In this document: piece after piece, positions 47,488 through 58,168 of the stretch
Layout of the letters: each line of letters begins with the position of its first letter
How positions within the stretch are numbered: position 1 is the stretch's first letter
Sequence record: DRR378314_419
DNA length: 64,000 nt
Reading direction: 5' to 3' (one strand)
The notes under the pieces: model-generated
The model's input: only the letters and a program-made list of their open reading frames with translations
The model's database searches: none
Told to the model about the DNA's origin: nothing
Translations under genes and position numbers: made by a program

Positions 47488-50400
47488 TCAGGCTTTGCCA
47501 AAGCCGCCGCCGCCAGGGGTTTCGATCAAGATGACATCTTCGATACCCACCTCTGTCTCGTCATTGCCTTTTAACAGCTCGACAGTTCCATCCTTGCGAA
47601 TGACCGAATTCTGCCCGCGGGCACCAGCTTGGCCGCCCTCCAGGCCATAAGGGTCCGTGTTTCGATGCAGTGACAGGAATGTGACCGTCATCGGTTCCAT
47701 AAACCGGATGCGCCGAACGGCCCCATCGCCGCCCTTGAATTTTCCGGCACCACCAGATCCCCGCCGGATCGAGAATTCCTCCACCCGAACAGGAAACCGC
47801 CATTCCAGAACTTCCGGATCGGTCATGCGGGTGTTCGTCATATGGCTGTGAACCGCACTGGTTCCGGGGTGATCCGGGCCAGCCCCCGTGCCGCCGCAAA
47901 TGGTTTCGTAATTTTGCAGCTTGTCATTGCCATAAAGGAAATTATTCATGGTGCCTTGCGCGGATGCCAAAACGCCAAGTGCGCCATATAAACAATCTGT
48001 CACGCACTGGGATACCTCTGTATTTCCGGCAATGACGGCAGCGGGATAAACTGGATCCAGCATGGAGCCTTCGGGTACAATGATATTGATCGGTTTCAGG
48101 CATCCTTCATTCAGTGGGATTTCATCATCCACCAGGGTGCGGAAAACATATAAAACGGCGGCCTTGCTGATCGCTTTGGGCGCATTGTAGTTGCCGCTAT
48201 CCTGCGCCGATGTGCCGGTAAAATCGACAGTTGCGCTTCGGTTTTCCTTATCGACCGTGATGGCAACCTTGATTTTGGCGCCGGTATCCAGCTCATATTC
48301 AAAGGCACCGTCTTTGAGGACATCCAGAACCCGGCGAACAGTTTCTTCGGCATTGTCCTGAACGTGACCCATATAGGCAGATACAACATCGATGCCAAAA
48401 TGATCGATCATTTTGCGAAGTTCGCGAATGCCGGTTTCATTGGCCGCTATCTGGGCTGTCAGATCGGCGATATTCTGATCCACATTGCGGCACGGATATT
48501 TGCCGCTGGACAGCATCTTGCGGGTTTCCTGATCCCGAAACTGACCCTCGCGCGCCAGCAGGAAATTATCAATCAGCACGCCTTCTTCTTCGATATGGGT
48601 GCTGTCGGGTGGGGAGGAGCCGGGGGTCCGTCCGCCAATATCCGCGTGATGGCCGCGCGATCCCACATAGAAAATAATCTCTTCACCAGCATCATCAAAA
48701 ACTGGCGAAATCACGGTGACATCGGGCAGGTGGGTGCCGCCGTTATACGGGGCGTTCAGGGCATAAAAATCACCAGGCTGCATGCTGCCGGCATTCTCCC
48801 GGATGACCGCCTTGATGCTTTCCCCCATAGAGCCCAAATGCACGGGCATATGTGGGGCATTGGCGACCAGATTTCCGTCGGTGTCAAAAATCGCACAGGA
48901 GAAATCCAGCCGTTCCTTGATATTGACCGACTGGGACGTGTTGGAAAGGGTCGCGCCCATCTGTTCGGCAATCGACATAAAGAGGTTGTTGAACACTTCC
49001 AGCATAACAGGATCAGCTTTGGTGCCCACGGCCTCGGTCTGTGGCCGTGCCTCCACCCGATCAAGGATCAGGTGCCGCCGGGCATTTAAACTGGCGCGCC
49101 AACCGGCTTCCACAACGATTGTGCCGGTTTTCTCGATGACAATGGCCGGTCCATTGATTTTCTGGCCGCAATCCATCTGATCTCGATCATAAAGGGCAAC
49201 ATCCTGCCACCGCCCGGATGCATATAGCTGCACCCGATCCAGAGGCCTGGGCTCCTCGATAGGCTCGTTTATTTGCTCCTCCGGATCGACAACAGAATCC
49301 GTCAGGCCGATCGCTTCAACGGACAGGGCTTCGATAATCAGGCCCCGATCCTCGGCAATAAAGCCGAAGCGTTGTTTATGGGTTGCTTCAAACGCCCGCT
49401 GCATCACAGCCGGATTGTCCAGATCCACCAGCATGGCGGAATCTGTCCCTTCATATTTCAAATGAACCTTAAAGCTATGGGTGATGTTATCTTCATCGAC
49501 CCCTTGTTCGCGCACTACTGCGGCGGCTTCCTGAACCAGCGGCAGGGCAAGCTTTTTGCAAATTTCTTCGGCATCAGGGGTGAACGGCTTTTCCACCTGA
49601 ACTTCCCGCATTGCCCGAATATCGGCAAGGCCCATGCCATATGCCGACAACACCCCAGAGAAGGGATGCAAAAACACCTTCGTCATACCCAGTGCATCTG
49701 CAACCAGACAGGCATGCTGACCCCCCGCACCGCCAAAACAATTCAACGTATAGCTTGTGACGTCATAGCCCCGCTGAACAGAGATTTCCTTGATCGCATT
49801 GGCCATGTTTTCAACGGCAATGCGAAGAAATCCTTCGGCAACCTCTTCGGCAGTTTGCAGCGGATCTCCTGTCGCTTGGCTGATCCTTGCGGCAAGATCG
49901 CTAAATTTCTGAACAACCACGTCCCGATCCAGGGCTTCATCGGCGTTGGGGCCAAATACAGGCGGGAAATAGTCAGGCTGAATTTTACCCAGCATCACAT
50001 TGCAATCGGTAACCGCCAGCGGGCCGCCGCGCCGATAGCTTGCCGGGCCGGGATTTGCACCGGCGGATTCCGGACCCACCCGATACCGGGCGCCATCAAA
50101 TGTCAGCAAAGATCCACCGCCTGCGGCCACAGTATGAATATGCATCATGGGCGCGCGCATGCGAACGCCGGCAACAACTGTCTCAAAACTGCGCTCATAT
50201 TCGCCGTCATAATGGGTCACATCGGTCGAAGTGCCGCCCATATCGAAACCGATCAGCTTTTCATATCCGCTCATGGCGGCAGTTCGGGTCATGCCCACGA
50301 CACCGCCTGCCGGACCGGACAGAATGGCATCTTTTCCCTGAAACAGGGTTGCATCGGTCAGGCCGCCGTTGGATTGCATGAACATCAGACGGGTGTCGTT

Positions 50401-51096
50401 GTTCGTGCCGGTCCCCAGCTCGTCAGCAACCTGATTGACGTATCGCCGTAAAATGGGTGATAGATACGCATCGACAACTGTTGTGTCCCCACGGCTCACC
50501 AGCTTCATCAGCGGACTTGTCTCGTGACTGGTGGAAATTTGTGTAAATCCGATTTCTTTAGCAAGTCCCGCGACCTGCTTTTCATGATCGTGGTAGCGAT
50601 ACCCATGCAAAAATGCGATCGCAATGGCGCGAATACCATCTGCGTAGGCCGCTTCAAGCCCAGGTTTCAAAGTCTTCAGATTGAGGGGCCGTATCATGTT
50701 GCCGTTGGCATCCAGACGCTCTTCTGCCTCCAGCACTTTTTCATATAAAAGTTCCGGTAACACAATGTGACGGGCAAATAATTTCGGCCGGTTCTGATAG
50801 CCAATGCGCAGGGCATCGCCAAATCCTTGAGTGGTCACGAAAAGCGTGCGATCGCCAGCGCGCTCCAGCAGGGCATTGGTGGCAACGGTCGTTCCCATCT
50901 TCACATAACTGACCGTATGTTCAGGGATCGGTGCATCTTTGGGAAGTTGCAGAATGTCGCGGATCCCCTGGACGGCGGCATCTTTATACTGTTCCGGATT
51001 TTCCGACAATAACTTGTGAGAGAGAAGAGAGCCGTCCGGTTTCTTGGCGACGATGTCTGTGAAGGTTCCGCCGCGATCTACCCAAAACTGCCACAT
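47488..51096 (-). CDS. oplA: ATP-dependent 5-oxoprolinase (fused hydantoinase A/B, OPLAH type)
   Basis: DRGGTFTD, MGTTVATNALLER, SGPAGG, DMGGTSTD, FGGAGGQH, NIKERLDFSCA, HMPVHLG, HSHMTNTRMTDPE, TPGGGGFG. Confidence 0.95.
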   Translation of the reverse strand: MWQFWVDRGGTFTDIVAKKPDGSLLSHKLLSENPEQYKDAAVQGIRDILQLPKDAPIPEHTVSYVKMGTTVATNALLERAGDRTLFVTTQGFGDALRIGYQNRPKLFARHIVLPELLYEKVLEAEERLDANGNMIRPLNLKTLKPGLEAAYADGIRAIAIAFLHGYRYHDHEKQVAGLAKEIGFTQISTSHETSPLMKLVSRGDTTVVDAYLSPILRRYVNQVADELGTGTNNDTRLMFMQSNGGLTDATLFQGKDAILSGPAGGVVGMTRTAAMSGYEKLIGFDMGGTSTDVTHYDGEYERSFETVVAGVRMRAPMMHIHTVAAGGGSLLTFDGARYRVGPESAGANPGPASYRRGGPLAVTDCNVMLGKIQPDYFPPVFGPNADEALDRDVVVQKFSDLAARISQATGDPLQTAEEVAEGFLRIAVENMANAIKEISVQRGYDVTSYTLNCFGGAGGQHACLVADALGMTKVFLHPFSGVLSAYGMGLADIRAMREVQVEKPFTPDAEEICKKLALPLVQEAAAVVREQGVDEDNITHSFKVHLKYEGTDSAMLVDLDNPAVMQRAFEATHKQRFGFIAEDRGLIIEALSVEAIGLTDSVVDPEEQINEPIEEPRPLDRVQLYASGRWQDVALYDRDQMDCGQKINGPAIVIEKTGTIVVEAGWRASLNARRHLILDRVEARPQTEAVGTKADPVMLEVFNNLFMSIAEQMGATLSNTSQSVNIKERLDFSCAIFDTDGNLVANAPHMPVHLGSMGESIKAVIRENAGSMQPGDFYALNAPYNGGTHLPDVTVISPVFDDAGEEIIFYVGSRGHHADIGGRTPGSSPPDSTHIEEEGVLIDNFLLAREGQFRDQETRKMLSSGKYPCRNVDQNIADLTAQIAANETGIRELRKMIDHFGIDVVSAYMGHVQDNAEETVRRVLDVLKDGAFEYELDTGAKIKVAITVDKENRSATVDFTGTSAQDSGNYNAPKAISKAAVLYVFRTLVDDEIPLNEGCLKPINIIVPEGSMLDPVYPAAVIAGNTEVSQCVTDCLYGALGVLASAQGTMNNFLYGNDKLQNYETICGGTGAGPDHPGTSAVHSHMTNTRMTDPEVLEWRFPVRVEEFSIRRGSGGAGKFKGGDGAVRRIRFMEPMTVTFLSLHRNTDPYGLEGGQAGARGQNSVIRKDGTVELLKGNDETEVGIEDVILIETPGGGGFGKA

Positions 51097-51148
51097 GTTC
51101 GTTTTCTCCCACTTGATTTGGCGTTAATTCATGGACGCTAAAATAACA

Positions 51149-51163
51149 TTGACAAAACGTCAA
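51149..51163. promoter_or_regulatory. Palindromic operator in the divergent oxoprolinase/TRAP promoter
   Basis: TTGAC-aaaac-GTCAA, overlapping a TTGACA -35 element. Confidence 0.6.
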
Positions 51164-51215
51164 CGTTTTTATACCGTTTTTTGAGTTAATAAACTTTACG
51201 ACAGGGAGTCGGACT

Positions 51216-52190
51216 ATGAAAACATTTAAAATGCTGGCTGCGGGCGCTGCTTTTGCCACCACAGCGGCCTTTGCCGGAACTGCCACAGCAGATAGCTGGG
51301 ATATGCCAACCCCATATCCAGACAAAACATTTCACACAGTCAATATCGCTGAATTTGCCAAAGATGTAGAGGCGGCAACAGACGGTGCGCTCATGATCAA
51401 GCTGCACACAGCCGGGTCTTTATACAAGCATCCGGAAATCAGCAAAGCCGTTCGCGGCGGTCAGGTTCCAGCTGGTGAGTTTTTCCTCTCCCTGCTGACC
51501 AACGAACATGCAGCCTTTGGCGCCGACAGCCAGCCTTTTCTGGCAACCAACTATGACGATGCCAAAAAACTCTGGGCGGCGCAGAAGCCTGTTGTCACCA
51601 AACTGCTCGATAAACAGGGTCTGATGCCGTTGTTCTCCGTTCCGTGGCCCCCGCAGGGTCTGTACACAAAGACAGAGATTAAAACGGTTGAGGATCTGAA
51701 AGGTCTGAAATTCCGGACTTATAACGCAACGCTGGAAAAATTCGCTAATCTGGCCGGTGCGGCCCCAACACAGGTTGAAGCTCCGGATATTCCGCAAGCC
51801 TTCACAACCGGTCGCGTCGAAGCGATGATCACCTCTCCTTCAACAGGGGCCAATTCCAAAGCCTGGGAATTTGTCGGTTTCTACACTGATATTCAGGCCT
51901 GGGTTCCAAAGAACATTGTTGTTGTCAACAAACGGGCATTCCGCAAATTGGATAAATCTGTTCAGGACGCGGTGCTTGCAGCTGCTGAAAAAGCAGAAGC
52001 CCGGGGTTGGGAGATGAGCATGGCGGAAACCGCTGCCAAGGTCAAAATCCTCAAAGACAATGGCATGACCGTTGTGACACCCTCTGCTGAACTGATGGCG
52101 GGCCTGAAAGAAATTGGCGCGACCATGTTGCAGGATTGGTCAAAAGACGCTGGCGCTGAAGGCGAAGCGATCATGAAAGCTTATAAATAA
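51216..52190 (+). CDS. dctP: TRAP substrate-binding protein, pyroglutamate-binding-like
   Basis: WDMPTPYP..FHT.N, DSQPFLAT, VPWPPQGLY, FRTYN and AMITSPSTG resemble Bordetella DctP6/7. It is divergent from the oxoprolinase. Confidence 0.92.
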   Translation: MKTFKMLAAGAAFATTAAFAGTATADSWDMPTPYPDKTFHTVNIAEFAKDVEAATDGALMIKLHTAGSLYKHPEISKAVRGGQVPAGEFFLSLLTNEHAAFGADSQPFLATNYDDAKKLWAAQKPVVTKLLDKQGLMPLFSVPWPPQGLYTKTEIKTVEDLKGLKFRTYNATLEKFANLAGAAPTQVEAPDIPQAFTTGRVEAMITSPSTGANSKAWEFVGFYTDIQAWVPKNIVVVNKRAFRKLDKSVQDAVLAAAEKAEARGWEMSMAETAAKVKILKDNGMTVVTPSAELMAGLKEIGATMLQDWSKDAGAEGEAIMKAYK

Positions 52191-52202
52191 GCTGATGGAA
52201 AC

Positions 52203-52232
52203 AGGGGCGGCTTTCAACAGCCGCCTCTTTTT
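52203..52232 (+). terminator. Intra-operon terminator/stabiliser hairpin after the SBP gene
   Basis: AGGGGCGGCT-ttcaac-AGCCGCCTCT followed by a T run. Confidence 0.75.
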
Positions 52233-52259
52233 ATAGACATCGCAGAACGGGGGAGTTAC

Positions 52260-52829
52260 GTGATGCGAAATGCACTCAACGGCCTTTATAAAGCAGGGGG
52301 GCTGCTGGCCGCTTTCTTTATTCTGGCGATCTGCGTGATCGTTATGGGGCAGGTGGTTTTGAACCTGGTGGACCGGATCGCGGGTTTGGTCATGGGGCAA
52401 GCCATTGGCCTGACAATTCCCTCTTATGCGGATTTTGCCGGTTTCTTTCTGGCATCCTCTTCTTTTCTGGCACTGGCCTATACCCTGCGCGAAGGAGGCC
52501 ATATCCGGGTGACCCTGCTATTGGGTCATATTCCCCATCGTTTTCGCCATTTTGCGGAAATCTGGTGTTTGGCTCTTGTCACCTTCATTACCCTATATTT
52601 TACCTATTACATGGGCGCACTGGTGTTTGAATCCTTTGAATATCAGGATATGTCGTCAGGCATGGTGGCGATCCCGATCTGGATCCCGCAATCCTCTCTT
52701 TTGCTGGGCCTGACCATTCTCTCCATCGCATTAATTGATGAATTTGTGACCGTCATAAGGGGCCGGGATGCCTCCTATGAAGGGAAGGAAGAAAATCTTC
52801 TGGACACCACTGCAGGAGGAGAAGGCTGA
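52260..52829 (+). CDS. dctQ: TRAP small permease
   Basis: Four TM helices; GGHIRVTL and IPIWIPQ. Confidence 0.92.
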   Translation: MMRNALNGLYKAGGLLAAFFILAICVIVMGQVVLNLVDRIAGLVMGQAIGLTIPSYADFAGFFLASSSFLALAYTLREGGHIRVTLLLGHIPHRFRHFAEIWCLALVTFITLYFTYYMGALVFESFEYQDMSSGMVAIPIWIPQSSLLLGLTILSIALIDEFVTVIRGRDASYEGKEENLLDTTAGGEG

Positions 52830-54124
52830 TGACGGAACTCGGTCTGACATTTATTCTGCTTCTTGCACTCTTTTTTCTCCTGGGAACGGGTGTGTGGGTG
52901 GCTTTTTCCTTGATGGCGGTCGGTATGCTCGGCATGGCGATGTTCAGCGGTGCGCCGCTTGGGGATGTGCTGGCAACGACAATCTGGGGGGCCAGTAATT
53001 CCTGGGCATTGGCGGCGCTGCCGCTCTTCATCTGGATGGGGGAAATCCTTTTCCGATCGCGCCTGTCCAAAGATATGTTCTCCGGCCTGTCCCCGTGGAT
53101 GAGCCGGATGCCGGGCAAACTGCTGCATGTGAATATTATCGGGTGCGGCATTTTCGCGGCGGTCTCCGGCTCTTCGGCGGCCACGGCGGCTACCATCGGT
53201 AAACTCTCCATCCCGGAACTTGCCAAGCGGAACTATCCTGAACGCATGGTCATCGGCACCCTTGCCGGATCGGCCACCTTGGGCCTTCTGATCCCGCCGT
53301 CGATTATCCTGATTGTCTATGGGGTTGCGACCGAACAATCCATCGCCAGCTTGTTTGTGGCCGGTGTTGTTCCGGGCATCCTGCTGATCCTTCTGTTCGT
53401 CGGCTTTATTATGGTCTGGTCGCTGTTTAACCGGGACCGGTTACCCGAAGAGGGAGCCCGCTATTCCTTGAAGGAAAAAATCTACGCCTCCCGCTCCTTG
53501 ATCCCGGTTGTCTTGTTGATCATCGGTGTCATGGGGTCCATCTATACCGGGATTGCCTCGCCAACTGATGCGGCGGCGGTTGGGGTTGTTCTGGCGCTGA
53601 TCATGTCCTGGTCAACCGGATCGCTGAACCGTCACAGCTTTATGGAAGGTTTGATGGGGGCGACAAAAACCTCCTGCATGATTGCCTTCATTCTGGCAGG
53701 GGCTGCATTTTTGACCATTGCCATGGGGTTTACCGGAATACCGCGCATGCTGGCCACCTGGATTGGCGACATGAACCTCTCCAACATGGAGCTGCTGGTG
53801 GCGCTGACCCTGTTCTTTGTGGTGCTTGGCTGTTTCCTTGACGGGATCTCCGTTGTGGTGCTGACCACATCTGTGATCATGCCGATGGTCGAGCAGGCGG
53901 GCATTGATCCGCTCTGGTTCGGGATTTACATCGTTATCGTGGTGGAGATGTCGCAAATCACACCGCCGGTTGGCTTCAATTTATTCGTTCTGCAATCACT
54001 GACGGGGCGAAATATTCTGCAAGTGGCCCGTGCCGCCCTGCCGTTTTTCCTGTTGATGTTTGTAGCCCTCGCCGCCATTGTCTGGATGCCGGGGCTGGTG
54101 ACCTATCTGCCCAATAACATGTAA
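52829..54124 (+). CDS. dctM: TRAP large permease
   Basis: LAALPLFIWMGE, FAAVSGSSAAT, LIPPSIILIVYG, ITPPVGFNLFV. Confidence 0.95.
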   Translation: MTELGLTFILLLALFFLLGTGVWVAFSLMAVGMLGMAMFSGAPLGDVLATTIWGASNSWALAALPLFIWMGEILFRSRLSKDMFSGLSPWMSRMPGKLLHVNIIGCGIFAAVSGSSAATAATIGKLSIPELAKRNYPERMVIGTLAGSATLGLLIPPSIILIVYGVATEQSIASLFVAGVVPGILLILLFVGFIMVWSLFNRDRLPEEGARYSLKEKIYASRSLIPVVLLIIGVMGSIYTGIASPTDAAAVGVVLALIMSWSTGSLNRHSFMEGLMGATKTSCMIAFILAGAAFLTIAMGFTGIPRMLATWIGDMNLSNMELLVALTLFFVVLGCFLDGISVVVLTTSVIMPMVEQAGIDPLWFGIYIVIVVEMSQITPPVGFNLFVLQSLTGRNILQVARAALPFFLLMFVALAAIVWMPGLVTYLPNNM

Positions 54125-54155
54125 CGCGCGGATCAATAAAAAAAGGGAGTAGAGT

Positions 54156-54671
54156 ATGACAAAAGAAGACACTCCGCATATCGTTTCCTCCGAACATCTG
54201 GCCTCTGAAAAAGGCTGGCAGATGAGCGAGCTGGAATATGGAATGGTAATGGCCTACAACGCCTTTAATCGGTGGATGATCCGCTGTATGACGGCAGTTG
54301 GCTATAGTGATTTTAACGGTCTGGATATTCTGGTCTTGCACAATGTCAACCACCGCGGCCGGGAGAAGCGACTTGTTGATGTGGGCTTCATGCTGAATGT
54401 GGAAGATAACCACACCATTAATTATTCCATGAAGAAACTCGTCAAGGCGGAGCTGATTGAAGGCACCAAACGCGGCAAGGAAATGTTCTATCGCACTACC
54501 CAAAAGGGCGAGGACGTTTGCCAGGAATACCGGAAAATCCGCGAGCTGTGTCTGGTCGAAAGTGCCAGCTCAACAGATCGGGATTTCACGGAAATCAGCA
54601 AATCGGCAACCATCCTTCGGAGCGTTTCCGGTCTCTATGATCAGGCTGCGCGGGCTGCCGCCTCCATCTGA
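54156..54671 (+). CDS. MarR-like winged-helix regulator of the oxoprolinase/TRAP locus
   Basis: IVSSEHL, SELEYG, LNVEDNHTINYSMKKL, YRKIRE.CL, SGLYDQAARAAAS. Confidence 0.85.
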   Translation: MTKEDTPHIVSSEHLASEKGWQMSELEYGMVMAYNAFNRWMIRCMTAVGYSDFNGLDILVLHNVNHRGREKRLVDVGFMLNVEDNHTINYSMKKLVKAELIEGTKRGKEMFYRTTQKGEDVCQEYRKIRELCLVESASSTDRDFTEISKSATILRSVSGLYDQAARAAASI

Positions 54672-54753
54672 ATAAAAAGCGCTTTGGCGGGGACGGACTT
54701 TCCGTTACCCTTGTCTAAAGCGCCTAATTCAGTCAAACGGAGCCGGTAACCAG

Positions 54754-57579
54754 ATGTCAGAAAATAGAACAGGAAAAGTCGGTAAAGCACTGATTTTTCT
54801 TGTTCTATTTTTGATTTTAGGTGTCGGTGGGATATGGCTGTTTCGCAGCTCCCTTCTGGAGGCTGCCGCTCAATCCTACTTGCAACAACAGGGCCTCTCG
54901 GACGTTGAAATTACGGTTTCGGCCTTTGATACGGACCAGTTGGCGCTGCAGCAGGTGCAGATTGCCCCTGTGGTTACGGCAACGGATCTTCGGATCGATT
55001 ATCGCCTTTCCGACCTTCTGGAGGGGAACTGGGGGCGGATCACCGTTCAAAAGCTGGCACTGGATGTCAGCAATTTGGATCATCCCCTGTATCAATGGAT
55101 AAATCGTCTGGCCACATCGGACGAAGAGAGCGTGGCTGACGCCGCGCCAACCCGTTTGCCTGAATTGGTGATCGAGCGGTTTGAAATTACCGAACAATCT
55201 GATTTGCGGCGGATGTCGGCAATGGGTCACCTGACAGTTGCCCCGGATCAGCAGATCCAGATGCAGGCCAAGATCGATGCCGCCCTGTTGATGGCGGACG
55301 GAGCGTTCACCCTGACGGGGGCTGATGTCTCTCTCACGGGTAATCTGCAGGATTTATCAGCAACCATGACCCTGCAAAATGCCGTTCTGACGGGCGGCGG
55401 CAGTGATGCGGCCTTTAAACCCCTGACCATTTCCGGCAGCGGGTCAGTCGCAGACAGCGACGCTCAATTTGAGATTGCGGTTGCTGCTGATGGAGCTGGC
55501 AAGCTTCTGTCGTTGACAGGCGCCGCTGATTTACAGGCGCAAAAGGGACAGGTGAGTTATGAGCTCTCCCGGCTTTCCTTTACGCCTTCGGGATTGCAGC
55601 CAGGGCATATCCTGTCGGCACTTGCAGAACTTCCCAAATTCACTGCCAACCTTGCCAGTAGCGGGCACGCCACTCTCAATCAGGATCAAGTTGAAATATC
55701 CGGTAAAAACACTTTAACCGGTTTAAAATTGGAGCAGGCATCCTCGTATTTTGATCTTGTCAGCTTGGATACACAATTTATGGTTCAGGCTAACCTCTCT
55801 GGTTTAATAAAAAAGATCAATATCAAATCGCAACTGGTTAATTTAAAAGCAAAAATTTCCGATGTGGGGGTGCGGGTGCCGACCGCATCCCTGATTGTCA
55901 GTGGATCGGGGCTGGAGGATCTGACGTTTGACGCTTCCGCTGATCTTCTCTCTTCGGATCGGGCTGATTTATTTCCGGCCGTCGCCGTTACGCTGACCGG
56001 CTCAAAGGCTGGCGATAATGTGAATTTTTCCGGTGATATCAAGGGATTAGATGACAAATTAAGTCTGGATTATGAAGGCGACCTGCATGCCTCAGCAGGC
56101 GAGGGGCGCCTATCCGCTCACCTTCGCCCCTTGCAATTGGGGGCATCGGGTGTGTCCCTCGATCAACTGAGCAGTCTGTTCAAAGACTTGAACCTGCAGG
56201 AAAGCGGAACTCTGTCACTGGATTTAACCAGCCGTTGGGACAGCAGTCTTGATCCCCGCTTCAGCATTTCCGGCGATCTGGAAAATGGGCATATCCAAAC
56301 ATCAGAGGTGACAATTGATGCTGCAGAGCTATCGGTCGCCGCGAATGATATCAAGCCGCAGGAAAGCTTCCAATTGCTGGTGCGGGACGTGACTGCCCAT
56401 GTGGATGCGTCGGATCAGGCGGCGACTGTGATCATGAAAGAGATCAGCCTGGCGGTGCAAAAAGGCTGGCAATCTGCAAATATGGCCCCCACGAAAATTA
56501 CGTTGAAGCCCGCAGAAAAAACTGTTTGGAAACCGCAAACGGATCTTAACCTCTCTGGTTTGATCGGCAGGGACAATATCAAGATGCAGGGCGATATTGT
56601 CACCGTACCAACGGGTAATCTGGCCCGGTTCTCCCTGCTCAAAACGCCCGATGCCAAGGGCATCTCTGCTGATCTTGATCTTTCGCCACTTTCCTTTTCC
56701 GATGTCGGATTAACCCTTGAAGATTTGTTCAGGAACCTTCCCGAAGATCTTGAAGTTACAGGGAAAGTAGCGGCTAAACTCTCGGCTGATCTGGGAGGTG
56801 ATGAAATCTCCGGAACAGGGACTATAACCCTGCAGGATCTGCTTGTTGATCAGGCGGGCCTTCGTCTGGAGGGTGTCAATGGCACCGTTCACATCACTGA
56901 TTTTTTCCCTCTTCAAACCGAGCCGGATCAACGGCTGACAGCGGATCGCATTGTCGCCGGCATTCCTATTGACAAGCCCCAACTGCAGTTTCAGGTCATC
57001 TCTCAATCTGGTGATCCGGTTCTGCAAATTGACCGGTTGGTGATGAACCTGTTTGGCGGCGCAGCGGAGATCCGGGACGGCGAGATAAATCCATTTCGCG
57101 AGGTTAATGAGCTAAAACTTGCGCTGACCAGTTTGTCACTGGAAGAGTTGGTCGCCCTTGGCGATTTTGAAGATGTCGAGGTGTCTGGTCAGCTCAACGG
57201 GATTATCCCGATCCGCTTTGATGGCAAAACGATTAGTGTTTTGGACGGGGCGTTGGAAAGTTCGGGGCCGGGGGTTTTGAAGGTCCGCTCTGAACAGGCG
57301 CGGCAGGCGCTGTCGGCCGGTGGATCGCAGACAAAGTTGCTGTTCGATATTCTGGAAAATTTCAACTACAGCAAGCTGTCGTTGAAAATCAATAAACCGG
57401 CAGCGGGGGAAGATCAGGTCAATCTGCATGCCGAAGGGGTCAATCCAAATGTGGAAGATAGCCGTCCGGTTATTTTGAATGTCAATCTTTCGACAAATTT
57501 GGATCGTATCTTCAATACCATACTAGAGGGCTATCTGTTGTCCGAAGACGCACTGCGTGCTACGCTAAAAAATAGATAA
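54754..57579 (+). CDS. ydbH: YdbH-family (AsmA-like) intermembrane phospholipid transport protein
   Basis: N-terminal TM anchor, long beta-rich body, C-terminal SGQLNGIIP...LENFNYSKL...GVNP...RPVILNVN; followed by ynbE and ydbL. Confidence 0.88.
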   Translation: MSENRTGKVGKALIFLVLFLILGVGGIWLFRSSLLEAAAQSYLQQQGLSDVEITVSAFDTDQLALQQVQIAPVVTATDLRIDYRLSDLLEGNWGRITVQKLALDVSNLDHPLYQWINRLATSDEESVADAAPTRLPELVIERFEITEQSDLRRMSAMGHLTVAPDQQIQMQAKIDAALLMADGAFTLTGADVSLTGNLQDLSATMTLQNAVLTGGGSDAAFKPLTISGSGSVADSDAQFEIAVAADGAGKLLSLTGAADLQAQKGQVSYELSRLSFTPSGLQPGHILSALAELPKFTANLASSGHATLNQDQVEISGKNTLTGLKLEQASSYFDLVSLDTQFMVQANLSGLIKKINIKSQLVNLKAKISDVGVRVPTASLIVSGSGLEDLTFDASADLLSSDRADLFPAVAVTLTGSKAGDNVNFSGDIKGLDDKLSLDYEGDLHASAGEGRLSAHLRPLQLGASGVSLDQLSSLFKDLNLQESGTLSLDLTSRWDSSLDPRFSISGDLENGHIQTSEVTIDAAELSVAANDIKPQESFQLLVRDVTAHVDASDQAATVIMKEISLAVQKGWQSANMAPTKITLKPAEKTVWKPQTDLNLSGLIGRDNIKMQGDIVTVPTGNLARFSLLKTPDAKGISADLDLSPLSFSDVGLTLEDLFRNLPEDLEVTGKVAAKLSADLGGDEISGTGTITLQDLLVDQAGLRLEGVNGTVHITDFFPLQTEPDQRLTADRIVAGIPIDKPQLQFQVISQSGDPVLQIDRLVMNLFGGAAEIRDGEINPFREVNELKLALTSLSLEELVALGDFEDVEVSGQLNGIIPIRFDGKTISVLDGALESSGPGVLKVRSEQARQALSAGGSQTKLLFDILENFNYSKLSLKINKPAAGEDQVNLHAEGVNPNVEDSRPVILNVNLSTNLDRIFNTILEGYLLSEDALRATLKNR

Positions 57580-57600
57580 TGTTGGAGCGGGGGACTGAAT

Positions 57601-57804
57601 TTGAGGAATGCTGAACTGTTAAAGGCTGGCGCGATGATTGCCGTATCTGTGTTGGCGTTGCAGGCCTGTACACCAACCGTCAAGGTTGAAGCCCCGTCCG
57701 AGCCGATTACCATCAATCTTAATATCAAACTGGATGCAGAGGTTCGCCTCAAGATCGAAGAAAAGGCCAAAGAGGATATCCAGGCCAATCCGGAGATCTT
57801 CTGA
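57601..57804 (+). CDS. ynbE: YnbE family lipoprotein
   Basis: Lipobox LQAC followed by TPTVKVEAPSEPITINLNIK...PEIF. Confidence 0.92.
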   Translation: MRNAELLKAGAMIAVSVLALQACTPTVKVEAPSEPITINLNIKLDAEVRLKIEEKAKEDIQANPEIF

Positions 57805-57832
57805 TATGACTGACTTATTTTCGAGGAATGCT

Positions 57833-58168
57833 ATGAAACGCAGGTATTTTTTAACGGGTATCGGGGCTCTTGTCATTTCCATGACGCTCCTGGGCGGCTC
57901 ACCGGCAGTGGCAGGTCAGCTTGATGACCTTCGGGTGTCTGGCGCCGTGGGGGAGGCCTTTGATGGATATGCGCGGGCGCGGCAAGCCAGTGCCAAGGAT
58001 TTTGTCAAAACCGTCAATGACAAACGCCGCACCATCTATGGGCAAAGAGCGCAAAAACAAGGCGTCAGTGCGGAGCAGGTCGGCCGTGTCTACGCCGCCC
58101 AGATCATCAAAGATGCACCAAAAGGGACTTGGATCCTGGCTGAGGATGGCTCTTGGTCCCAAAAATAA
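57833..58168 (+). CDS. ydbL: YdbL (DUF1318) family protein
   Basis: GAGG RBS, signal peptide, GAVGEAFDGY, VNDKRRTIY, GSWSQK. Confidence 0.9.
   Translation: MKRRYFLTGIGALVISMTLLGGSPAVAGQLDDLRVSGAVGEAFDGYARARQASAKDFVKTVNDKRRTIYGQRAQKQGVSAEQVGRVYAAQIIKDAPKGTWILAEDGSWSQK

Noticed and set aside
49273-50451. 392-aa plus-strand ORF
   Set aside because: It lies entirely antisense to the well-supported oxoprolinase and has no recognisable motifs, so it is most likely a shadow ORF.
54754-58168. ydbH-ynbE-ydbL as a novel system
   Set aside because: This is an already described, conserved intermembrane lipid-transport operon in its usual order.
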